DNA of 7,620 nucleotides from Patescibacteria group bacterium. Its GTDB lineage: Bacteria > Patescibacteriota > Patescibacteriia > UBA2591 > UBA6264. A program made the translations under genes and the position numbers. Location: positions 73,026-80,645 of the forward strand of contig JAQTOB010000003.1 in assembly GCA_028713575.1 (NCBI GenBank), read 5' to 3'. The notes beneath the pieces were generated by a model that saw only the letters and a list, made by a program, of their open reading frames with translations, had not been told where the DNA came from and searched no databases. Shown one piece after another: positions 1-5,973 of this stretch (position 1 is the stretch's first letter; every line of letters starts with the position of its first letter).

Positions 1-16
1 TTATTTATTTTTTAAG

Positions 17-58
17 GTACGGCTGATCCGCCCCTGGCGGAGACTCCTCCCGCGCCCA
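17..58. other. Unassigned GC-rich patch with a short hairpin, at the window edge
   Basis: The patch ggtacggctgatccgcccctggcggagactcctcccgcgcccac stands out against AT-rich flanks. It contains the hairpin TCCGCC-CCT-GGCGGA (27-41). All minus frames have stops within the first 14 nt, and no ORF of 60 aa or more lies here. It may be the tail of a structured RNA or element starting left of the window. Confidence 0.25.
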
Positions 59-241
59 CTTGAAACGATTAAAATAGTTAATCATTGATATATTGATTGA
101 TTACCATAATGTTTTTTGAAAAAGGAAATCAATCGTTATAAAGACGAGGTCGGAAGGATTGATTTGTAGTTAACAAGCAAAACAGGCCATGCTTTAAGGT
201 TCAACTATTTTAATTTTACATTTTATTTTTGATTTATTTTT

Positions 242-318
242 GGGCACTTGGCGCAGTTGGTTAGCGCGTCACGTTGACATCGTGAAGGTCGGAGGTTCGA
301 GTCCCCCAGTGCCCACCA
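242..318 (+). tRNA. tRNA-Val (anticodon GAC), CCA encoded
   Basis: Hand-folded cloverleaf. Acceptor GGGCACT/AGTGCCC; D arm GCGC-AGTTGGTTA-GCGC; anticodon arm TCACG-TTGACAT-CGTGA (anticodon GAC). Variable loop AGGTC; T arm GGAGG-TTCGAGT-CCCCC with one A.C mismatch. Discriminator A315, encoded CCA at 316-318. Confidence 0.93.
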
Positions 319-324
319 TTTTTT

Positions 325-1929
325 ATGAAATATCAGGAAAAAACGGGGGGGAAAAATAAAAATAAGTTTGTTTTAAATACAAAAATTCTTGATAAAAACG
401 ATTTTAGTTTTATAACAAATCTTAAAAAAAAGTTTCCTTTTGCGGAAATTTTTTTAGTTGGCGGAGCAGTTAGAGACCTATTTTTATCAAGAAAAACCAA
501 AGATTATGATTTTGTTGTGAGAAATGTAAAAATTAATGATTTAGAAAAATTTTTATCAAAACAAGGAGAAGTTAATTTAGTGGGTCAAATTTTTGGAGTT
601 TTTAAATTTACGCCAAAAAACGGGGACAGACATAATCCATTTGACATTGCTTTGCCTCGCCAAGATTTTTCCTTAAAAACTGGCGGTTATCGCGACGTGG
701 AAATCCAAACTAATCCAAGACTGAAGATTGAAAAAGATTTAAGTCGCCGAGACTTTACTATTAATGCCATGGCCTTAAAATGGGGCAATAAAAACAAAAA
801 AGGAGAACATAAGTGGCAATTAATAGATCCTTATCAGGGCCTGAAAGACTTAAAACAAAAAATAATTCGGGCAGTGGGTCGACCAGAAGATCGTTTTTCC
901 GAGGATTATTCACGGATGCTCAGAGCCATTAGGTTATCCTGTCAATTAAATTTTAAAATAGAAGAAGATACGTGGCGGGCTTTAAAGAAAAAAATGGAGT
1001 TTATTGGCGGAATAGACAGAAAGGCGGAGACAATCTATTTTGAACGGATTGCCGAATCAACATTAATTGAGAAAAGAATAGTTCCGTATGAAGTAATCGC
1101 CAAAGAATTTATCAGGACCTTTTCTTATAATCCAGTTAAAGCTTTTGATTTATATGACCAGAGCGATGCTTTTAATGAGTTAATGCCGGAACTTTTGAAA
1201 ATGAAAGGATGTCCTCAGCCGAAAAATTACCATTCAGAAGGAGACGTATGGCAACACACTAGATTGGCGTTAAAAAATCTAAAATCAACCGGTTTTAAAA
1301 AATTTTTTGGAAAAGAAGCAGTTTCTAATGAAGTGATAATTGCCACTTTATTTCATGACATAGGCAAACCATATACTATACAAACGCCGGAAAAAGATAA
1401 AACAGATAGAATTCGTTTTAATGAACACGATACGGTCGGAGCGGAAAAAACAAAAAAAATACTCCAAAAGTTGAAATTTTCTTCTCCGGACAAGGTGGGA
1501 ATAAATATAAACGAAACGGCCTGGCTGGTTGAACAGCACATGATTCTGATTAGGGGAGATATCTCTAAGATGAGAAATAGGACCATTGAAAAATATTTTT
1601 TTAACCCCGATTTGTCAGGAACAAAACTTCTCCAGGTTTCTTTTGCTGATATTTCGGCCACCATTACTGAGCATGGTCCGGTGAGTTTTGATAAATTTAA
1701 TCAGATGGTGAAGAGAATTAATGATTTAAAAAAATTAAGCGAGACAAGGAAAGAATTGCCTAAACCAATAATCACAGGGATAGATATAATGCAAGAATTC
1801 AATTTACCTCCGGGGCCACGGGTGGGTAAATTTTTGGAAATGGTTAGGGAAAAACAATTGAACGGAAAAATAAAGACCAAAGAAGCCGCTATAAAATTTT
1901 TAAAAAACCGGGTCAGTAAAAAACATTAG
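325..1929 (+). CDS. cca: CCA-adding enzyme / class II tRNA nucleotidyltransferase with C-terminal HD domain
   Basis: 534-aa ORF with class II NTase head motifs GGAVRD and RRDFTINA, followed by the HD-domain signature LFHDIGKP plus NEHD. I cannot separate CCA-adding from A-adding, CC-adding or poly(A) polymerase activity by eye. The ATG lies 6 nt after the CCA end of tRNA-Val. Confidence 0.88.
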   Translation: MKYQEKTGGKNKNKFVLNTKILDKNDFSFITNLKKKFPFAEIFLVGGAVRDLFLSRKTKDYDFVVRNVKINDLEKFLSKQGEVNLVGQIFGVFKFTPKNGDRHNPFDIALPRQDFSLKTGGYRDVEIQTNPRLKIEKDLSRRDFTINAMALKWGNKNKKGEHKWQLIDPYQGLKDLKQKIIRAVGRPEDRFSEDYSRMLRAIRLSCQLNFKIEEDTWRALKKKMEFIGGIDRKAETIYFERIAESTLIEKRIVPYEVIAKEFIRTFSYNPVKAFDLYDQSDAFNELMPELLKMKGCPQPKNYHSEGDVWQHTRLALKNLKSTGFKKFFGKEAVSNEVIIATLFHDIGKPYTIQTPEKDKTDRIRFNEHDTVGAEKTKKILQKLKFSSPDKVGININETAWLVEQHMILIRGDISKMRNRTIEKYFFNPDLSGTKLLQVSFADISATITEHGPVSFDKFNQMVKRINDLKKLSETRKELPKPIITGIDIMQEFNLPPGPRVGKFLEMVREKQLNGKIKTKEAAIKFLKNRVSKKH

Positions 1930-1958
1930 TAATTAAAGAAATTTTTATTTTTATTGAA

Positions 1959-2690
1959 ATGTTCGTTGACTTTTCTTGCAAATTTGATAAGATAAACGTC
2001 TTAGAAGAAAATAGAGATTTTTTGATTATTGAAAAACCAAGCGGTTTATTGGTTCATGGGGACAAGTATTCCAGGGGGGCCTGCCTTGTTGATTTAATTT
2101 TAAAGGACTACCCAGAAATAAAAGAAGTTGGTCAATTGGGAAGAAGTGGAATAGTTCATCGTTTAGATAAAGAAGCGTCTGGTTTAATGGTTATTGCAAG
2201 AAATAAAGAGATGTATAACAGATTGCTTGAACAATTTCAGGGAAGAAAAATAAAAAAAGAATATTTGACCTTAGTTTACGGGTGTTTAAAAGATAATAAA
2301 GGGGAAATAAATCTGCCCCTGGGAAGAAATAAAAAAGGGAAGATTATCGCTGTTTTGTATAGAAAACAAATTAAGCAAGAAAAAGAAGCAAAAACGGGCT
2401 ATGAAGTGCGACAAAGATTCACGCAACCTCAAGAATTCACTTTATTAAACGTTTTTTTATTTACCGGCCGCACTCATCAAATTAGGGTCCATTTTAAATC
2501 CATTGGACATCCAATCGTGGGAGATAAAGAACATAGAATAAAAAATTTAAAATTGGAAAAAACCTTAAGACTAAATCGTCTTTTTCTTCATGCCTGTTAT
2601 TTAGGATTTAATGATTTACAAAATAATTGGCGTGAATTTAGAAAAGATTTACCCATAGAATTAAAAAACTTTTTAACAGAGTTAAAATAG
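1959..2690 (+). CDS. RluA-family pseudouridine synthase (no N-terminal S4 domain)
   Basis: 243-aa ORF with the catalytic motif HRLDKEASGL and the conserved GRTHQIRVH motif of the RluA/RluD family. It starts directly at the catalytic domain (FLIIEKPSGLLVH). Confidence 0.85.
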   Translation: MFVDFSCKFDKINVLEENRDFLIIEKPSGLLVHGDKYSRGACLVDLILKDYPEIKEVGQLGRSGIVHRLDKEASGLMVIARNKEMYNRLLEQFQGRKIKKEYLTLVYGCLKDNKGEINLPLGRNKKGKIIAVLYRKQIKQEKEAKTGYEVRQRFTQPQEFTLLNVFLFTGRTHQIRVHFKSIGHPIVGDKEHRIKNLKLEKTLRLNRLFLHACYLGFNDLQNNWREFRKDLPIELKNFLTELK

Positions 2691-2694
2691 TTTT

Positions 2695-3255
2695 ATGGCA
2701 AAAGTTTTTATTATCTCCGGGCTGTCGGGCTCAGGGAAAGACAGCGTTATTGACGGTTTAAAGCAGGCGGGGTTGGATTATCATCGTATTATTACCACTA
2801 CGACCCGACCAATCCGACCAGGAGAATCACAGGGCAATCCATATTATTTTATTTCGGAACAGGAATTTAAAAAAATGATTTCACAAAATGAATTTTTTGA
2901 ATGGGCCGTAGTGTATGATAATTATTATGGTAATAGAATAAAAACCGTAGAAGAGGCCTTAATTGGAAATAGGCCGATTATTTTCCGAATTGACGCACAA
3001 GGAGCAAGGACAGTCAGAAAAAAAATTTCTGATTCAATAGTTATTTTTTTAACGGCCGAATCGCTGGAAAAGATAAAAGAACGGTTGGCAAAAAGAAACC
3101 AGGATTCGCCGGAAGTAATTGAGAAACGCTTAGCCGAAGCAGAACAGGAAATGGAAAACCTGAATCAATGGGATTATGTTGTTATTAATAGACAAGGGAA
3201 ATTAAAAGAAACAATTAATCAAGTAAAAGAAATAATAGAAAAGAATTTTAATTAA
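2695..3255 (+). CDS. gmk: Guanylate kinase
   Basis: 186-aa ORF with P-loop GLSGSGKDS and the GMP-binding signature TTTRPIRPGESQGNPYYF. It starts 4 nt after the upstream stop. Confidence 0.9.
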   Translation: MAKVFIISGLSGSGKDSVIDGLKQAGLDYHRIITTTTRPIRPGESQGNPYYFISEQEFKKMISQNEFFEWAVVYDNYYGNRIKTVEEALIGNRPIIFRIDAQGARTVRKKISDSIVIFLTAESLEKIKERLAKRNQDSPEVIEKRLAEAEQEMENLNQWDYVVINRQGKLKETINQVKEIIEKNFN

Positions 3256-3260
3256 AAAAT

Positions 3261-3668
3261 ATGACTGATCAACAATCTTCTTCATCTAAAACAATAGAAA
3301 ATAAAGAGCAAGAAGAACAGAAAAACCAAAAAAATGAAAACATTAAAATGCCTGAGATAAAACCCGGCATGACGGTAAAAGTATATCAGCGGATAAAAGA
3401 AACAGACGCCAAGGGTAATCCAAAAGAGAGGGTTCAGGTTTTTGAGGGAATCGTTATTGCCTGTAAGCACGGGCATCAGGCGGGCGCTACTTTTACGGTT
3501 CGCAAAATCGCGGTCGGCAATGTCGGCGTGGAAAAAATTTTCCCCATTGATTGCCCGACCATTAAAAAAGTAGAGATAGTTAAAGAATATAAAGTAAAAA
3601 AGGCGAAACTGTATTTTTTAAGAAATTATAAGAAAAAATTGAAAGAAAAAAAACGGCAGGAAAAATAA
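3261..3668 (+). CDS. rplS: 50S ribosomal protein L19 with low-complexity N- and C-terminal extensions
   Basis: The core IKPGMTVKVYQRI...ERVQVFEGIVIA...TFTVRKIAVGNVGVEKIFP...AKLYFLR aligns by eye to bacterial L19. About 30 extra Q/E/K/S-rich residues sit at the N-terminus and a K-rich tail at the C-terminus. Confidence 0.92.
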   Translation: MTDQQSSSSKTIENKEQEEQKNQKNENIKMPEIKPGMTVKVYQRIKETDAKGNPKERVQVFEGIVIACKHGHQAGATFTVRKIAVGNVGVEKIFPIDCPTIKKVEIVKEYKVKKAKLYFLRNYKKKLKEKKRQEK

Positions 3669-3683
3669 GTTTCTGTTGTTTAG

Positions 3684-3767
3684 GCCCAGGTGGCGTAATT
3701 TGGTAAACGCAATAGACTGAGGCTCTATGCTCGTCAGAGCGTGCGGGTTCAAGTCCCGCCCTGGGCA
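3684..3767 (+). tRNA. tRNA-Leu (anticodon GAG), class II long variable arm, no encoded CCA
   Basis: Acceptor GCCCAGG/CCTGGGC; 3-bp D stem GCG/CGC with a 12-nt loop; anticodon arm ATAGA-CTGAGGC-TCTAT (anticodon GAG, G37). Variable arm GCTC-GTCA-GAGC-GT; T arm GCGGG-TTCAAGT-CCCGC. Discriminator A3767 is followed by TCC, not CCA. Confidence 0.92.
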
Positions 3768-3847
3768 TCCTCCTACGTTAAAACTTCGGAGGACGAGAAT
3801 ACCTAAATCCATCCTCGCCTCGCCCTCCGTAGCCTTGGCGAAGGAGG
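3768..3847. mobile_element. 80-bp insert between the two copies of the tRNA-Leu 3' end; imperfect terminal inverted repeats
   Basis: The ends CCTCCTACG (3769-3777) and CGAAGGAGG (3839-3847) are inverted repeats matching at 8 of 9 positions. Internal hairpins are TCCTCC(3768-3773)/GGAGGA(3788-3793) and CCCTCC(3823-3828)/GGAGGG(3843-3848). The insert has no coding capacity. Calling it a mobile remnant is inference. Confidence 0.3.
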
Positions 3848-3873
3848 GGGTTCAAGTCCCGCCCTGGGCACCA
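3846..3873 (+). pseudogene. Orphan tRNA-Leu 3' fragment (T arm + acceptor 3' strand + CCA)
   Basis: GGGTTCAAGTCCCGCCCTGGGCA (3848-3870) is identical to 3745-3767 of the intact tRNA-Leu. Here the T stem has a G.G mismatch (GGGGG/CCCGC). No matching 5' acceptor strand (G[CT][CT][CT][AG]GG) exists at a tRNA-compatible distance upstream in 3768-3847; the closest string, GCCTTGG at 3832-3838, is 1 off and too close. It is followed by CCA at 3871-3873. Confidence 0.75.
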
Positions 3874-3982
3874 ATCGTGGCTGAAGAGGCGGCTAAAATC
3901 AAAAATAAAATATAAAAAATAAAAAATCTGAGTTTAGGATTTTGGATTTTAGAGTTTCGGATTCTCGCGAAGCAAAGGTTTT

Positions 3983-4056
3983 GGGCCCGTGGTATACCGG
4001 TAACACGCTTCCATGGCATGGAAGAGTAAGGGGTCCGATTCCCCTCGGGTCCACCA
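3983..4056 (+). tRNA. tRNA-Ala (anticodon GGC), CCA encoded
   Basis: Acceptor GGGCCCG/CGGGTCC includes the G3:U70 alanine identity pair. Anticodon arm CTTCC-ATGGCAT-GGAAG (anticodon GGC). T arm AGGGG-TCCGATT-CCCCT. Short D arm GTAT-ACCGGTA-ACAC with one A.C mismatch. Discriminator A4053, CCA at 4054-4056. Confidence 0.88.
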
Positions 4057-4060
4057 AAAA

Positions 4061-4087
4061 GAGTTTTTCATTTGAAAAACTCTTTTT
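4061..4087 (+). terminator. Intrinsic terminator closing the tRNA-Val...tRNA-Ala unit (A-tract upstream, so potentially bidirectional)
   Basis: A perfect 9-bp stem GAGTTTTTC (4061-4069) / GAAAAACTC (4074-4082) with loop ATTT is followed by TTTTT (4083-4087) and preceded by AAAAA (4056-4060). The stem is AU-rich, so strength is uncertain. Confidence 0.6.
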
Positions 4088-4253
4088 GGTAGCTTGTTTA
4101 TTCTTGAGCTGTTTTTTTTGGACGCCCTTGTATAATTTTATAAAACTAATAAACTGGAGATAGTTAAGTAATTATGATAAATAATCATATCCTGAGTTCG
4201 TATAATATACAAGAAGACATAGACATTGCTCATATAATTCGCATAATAACGAG

Positions 4254-4283
4254 TTGTGACGAAATAATGAAAGGTTTTAGAAT
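4254..4283 (+). promoter_or_regulatory. Candidate sigma70-type promoter for the lipoprotein gene
   Basis: TTGTGA (4254-4259), 18-nt spacer, TAGAAT (4278-4283), about 50 nt upstream of the ATG at 4336. AT-rich background makes chance matches likely. Confidence 0.25.
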
Positions 4284-4298
4284 TTCTTTCAGAAATTC
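4280..4298. promoter_or_regulatory. 8-bp perfect palindrome/hairpin overlapping the candidate -10
   Basis: GAATTTCT (4280-4287), loop TTC, AGAAATTC (4291-4298). It could be an operator or a 5'-UTR hairpin. Confidence 0.3.
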
Positions 4299-4335
4299 CA
4301 TTTGGGACAATTTTTAATTTTTTAACCATAAAATC

Positions 4336-5094
4336 ATGAAAACTTCAAAAACAATTATTTTTTTTTCACTAATAACAATAACGATATTTCTTACTGGATG
4401 TTCCCAGGAAAAAAATAATGTTGTTAATCTGCAAAAAACAACAGACAATACTTCGCAGACAGGAGAAGCTACTACTAATCAAGAAAAAATTACTAGAATT
4501 AACAACACAGAGAGTGTTCATGAAGAAAAAGACGAAATAGAAGAATTATCTAAAAAATATGATAATTGGAATGTTGTTGAAAATCGAGAACATGGTTTTA
4601 TATTTAAGTTTCCAAAAGAATGGGTGGGGTTGTATGAAGGACCATATATACCAGAAGATTTTGATGTTAATGCATATAATCATTTTCTTCTTTCTCTAAA
4701 AAACAGAATAAATAAAAGTTGTTTAAATATACGCGTAGATGTAAATCCTTGGCCATTTAAGAAAGACGGCACTCAAGAAAAGGATTATTGCAATCCATCC
4801 CAAACAGAAATATTTGAAAAATGCATTGATAAAATTATTGGCTTCAAAGGTGATACATATTTTGGGGAAATAATTTCAGATTATAGTATTCAAATTCCTT
4901 TTAAAAATAGAATCATTGAATCAAAAAGGAAGGGGAATGGTTCATATTACTATAAACATGCTTTTGTTAATGTAAACAATAGAGTATTAAGTTTTACTCT
5001 TGTTGGTGATTCGCAAGCTCAAGATGATAGTGAATGTCAAAATTTTATTAAAACTATGGATGTTATAGTTGAATCAGTATCAACTCAAAATTAA
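4336..5094 (+). CDS. Lipoprotein of unknown function
   Basis: 252-aa ORF with a signal peptide, MKTSKTIIFFSLITITIFLTGC, and lipobox L-T-G-C at Cys22. A low-complexity T/N/Q/E linker follows, then a globular region with several Cys. I recognise no family motif. Confidence 0.75.
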   Translation: MKTSKTIIFFSLITITIFLTGCSQEKNNVVNLQKTTDNTSQTGEATTNQEKITRINNTESVHEEKDEIEELSKKYDNWNVVENREHGFIFKFPKEWVGLYEGPYIPEDFDVNAYNHFLLSLKNRINKSCLNIRVDVNPWPFKKDGTQEKDYCNPSQTEIFEKCIDKIIGFKGDTYFGEIISDYSIQIPFKNRIIESKRKGNGSYYYKHAFVNVNNRVLSFTLVGDSQAQDDSECQNFIKTMDVIVESVSTQN

Positions 5095-5148
5095 AAATTG
5101 TCCCGAATGATTTTACTATCGCAAAATAAAAACTTTTCATCGCATCGC

Positions 5149-5238
5149 ATAACACGGCATATACGGCTTCGCTCCTGCTAATCGCTCCACCCATATTGCT
5201 CTGCAATATCGTATATGCTGAAACGTTATCGGAAATTT
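5149..5238 (+). repeat. Structured repeat element, copy A (attC-like hairpin or unnamed cis-RNA)
   Basis: Outer pair ATAAC (5149-5153) / GTTAT (5225-5229). Internal loop AC versus GAAAC. 10-bp stem GGCATATACG (5156-5165) / CGTATATGCT (5210-5219). Inner hairpin ATATTGC-TCT-GCAATAT (5193-5209). Conserved tail GAAATT (5232-5237). Homologous to 7091-7184. Confidence 0.8.
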
Positions 5239-5267
5239 ATTTTTGTTTTATCTAATAAACACCTAAT

Positions 5268-5699
5268 ATGAATAAATCTTTTTCTCTTTTTCTTGAACAA
5301 CTGAGAAAATTTAATCTACCGGAGGGTAAATTCGCTATTTTCGGGAGCGGCCCTCTTGGCATAAGAAATATTAGAGATACCCACGATCTTGACCTTATAG
5401 TAGATGAATCGCTTTTTGACGAATACAAAACTATGCCAGGTTGGGAGCTTAAAAGCTTTAATAGAGATGGTCGTTATATTGAGATGATCGAAAATAGCGG
5501 AATTGAATTCTATAAAACCTGGGGTCCCGGGGACTGGAACACTAGTCAACTAATTGACAATGCAGAGATTATTGATGATTTACCCTTTGTGAGATTGGAG
5601 GAAGTAAAAAGGTGGAAAGAAATATCTAAAAGAGAAAAAGATTTAGAAGACATTCAATTAATTGACGAGTATTTTAAAGATTATCCTTCTAAATTTTAG
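5268..5699 (+). CDS. Minimal nucleotidyltransferase-fold protein (pol-beta superfamily, MNT/KNTase-like)
   Basis: 143-aa ORF. FAIFGSGPLGIRNIRDTHDLDLIV fits the hG[GS]-x(9-13)-DhDh NTase signature. The C-terminal helical part ends in KREKDLEDIQLI. Substrate unknown. Confidence 0.6.
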   Translation: MNKSFSLFLEQLRKFNLPEGKFAIFGSGPLGIRNIRDTHDLDLIVDESLFDEYKTMPGWELKSFNRDGRYIEMIENSGIEFYKTWGPGDWNTSQLIDNAEIIDDLPFVRLEEVKRWKEISKREKDLEDIQLIDEYFKDYPSKF

Positions 5700-5740
5700 A
5701 AATACTATTATAATTCAAAGGGAAGTTTCCGAAATTTTCC

Positions 5741-5765
5741 ACATACCAAAACGTTACACGCAATC
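5741..5765 (+). repeat. Possible solo half-copy of the 3' arm of the structured repeat
   Basis: CCAAAACGTTACACGCAATC (5746-5765) matches CCGAAACGTTATACGAAATT of copy B (7164-7183) at 16 of 20 positions, preceded by ACATA versus GATATG. No complementary 5' arm was found upstream. Confidence 0.3.
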
Positions 5766-5892
5766 ACAAAAAATATTTTTTAACAGGCCAGGGACTAATA
5801 TTTTTAATAAGGTAAAAAGTAGTCAAAATAGTTCTAAATTTGGAAAATCGTTCCGAAACGCTTTGTTGATGAGGGTATTGGGGCGGCAGTTT

Positions 5893-5937
5893 AGGGGGAC
5901 AGTCCCCACTTAAAAAGGGGGACAGTCCCCACTTAAA
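5893..5937. repeat. Tandem 22-nt direct repeat, each unit carrying a 13-bp palindrome (operator-like)
   Basis: AGGGGGACAGTCCCCACTTAAA occurs at 5893-5914 and 5916-5937, a 23-bp period. Each unit contains GGGGAC-A-GTCCCC (5895-5907 and 5918-5930). The repeat ends 8 nt before the -35 of the Fic promoter. Confidence 0.8.
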
Positions 5938-5945
5938 TTAAAAAT

Positions 5946-5973
5946 TTGACCTATTCTCTTAATATGGTATACT
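5946..5973 (+). promoter_or_regulatory. Near-consensus sigma70-type promoter with extended -10 for the Fic gene
   Basis: TTGACC (5946-5951), 16-nt spacer, TGgTATACT (5965-5973). The predicted start near 5980 gives a ~28-nt leader before the ATG at 6008. Confidence 0.6.

Noticed and set aside
1-120. 5S rRNA, RNase P RNA or SRP RNA fragment at the left edge
   Set aside because: Only short coincidences were seen: CCTGGCGG and GAAACG recall 5S, AAGGTACGGC recalls RNase P, and AGGTCGGAAGGA at 147-158 recalls SRP. Spacing and flanking conserved blocks do not match any of them.
345-351. G7 homopolymer at codons 7-9 of cca as a phase-variation tract
   Set aside because: A tract inside a presumably essential gene, intact in frame, is more likely incidental. 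It is at most a place to check for sequencing error.
1348-1664. Minus-strand ORFs antisense to cca. The same applies to 3282-3476 in rplS, 5316-5549 in the NTase gene, 6742-7086 in Fic and 7304-7528 in the DUF218 gene.
   Set aside because: Each lies antisense to a CDS with clear family motifs. These are typical shadow ORFs.
3832-3840. AGCCTTGGC shared between 3832-3840 and 6967-6975
   Set aside because: Many 9-mer matches within a 7.6-kb window are expected by chance, and no extended alignment exists.
3768-3873. A second complete tRNA using the downstream T arm/acceptor/CCA
   Set aside because: The 3' strand CCTGGGC needs a 5' strand G[CT][CT][CT][AG]GG. No such string lies at a tRNA-compatible distance in 3768-3847, and no anticodon arm could be placed.
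3580-4163. Track ORFs 3580-3768(-), 3618-3812(-), 3727-3915(+) and 3942-4163(+)
   Set aside because: They are read through tRNA-Leu, its duplicated 3' end, tRNA-Ala and the terminator. The GC-rich tRNA sequence keeps frames open by chance, and no protein motif is present.
4199-4253. Scattered similarity to pieces of the structured repeat (TCGCATAA, ATTGCTC, CGTATA) upstream of the lipoprotein gene
   Set aside because: The pieces are in a different order from copies A and B, no hairpin forms, and the matches are 6-8 nt, which is expected by chance.
4138-4329. 63-aa minus-strand ORF divergent from the lipoprotein gene
   Set aside because: It has an AT-rich, aromatic/hydrophobic low-complexity translation and no motif. 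Its start would lie 7 nt from the lipoprotein ATG, leaving no promoter space. It is more likely non-coding promoter/leader DNA.
5662-5913. 83-aa + strand ORF in the NTase-Fic spacer
   Set aside because: It overlaps the end of the NTase gene and runs through the operator-like repeats. Its basic low-complexity sequence has no motif. It was kept only as a caveat for the long spacer.
5893-5937. CRISPR array or rho-independent terminator reading of the tandem repeat
   Set aside because: There are only two units with a 1-nt gap and no spacers. The palindrome leaves a 1-nt loop and no U-tract on the + strand. The minus-strand reading has a T-run but no minus-strand gene to terminate.
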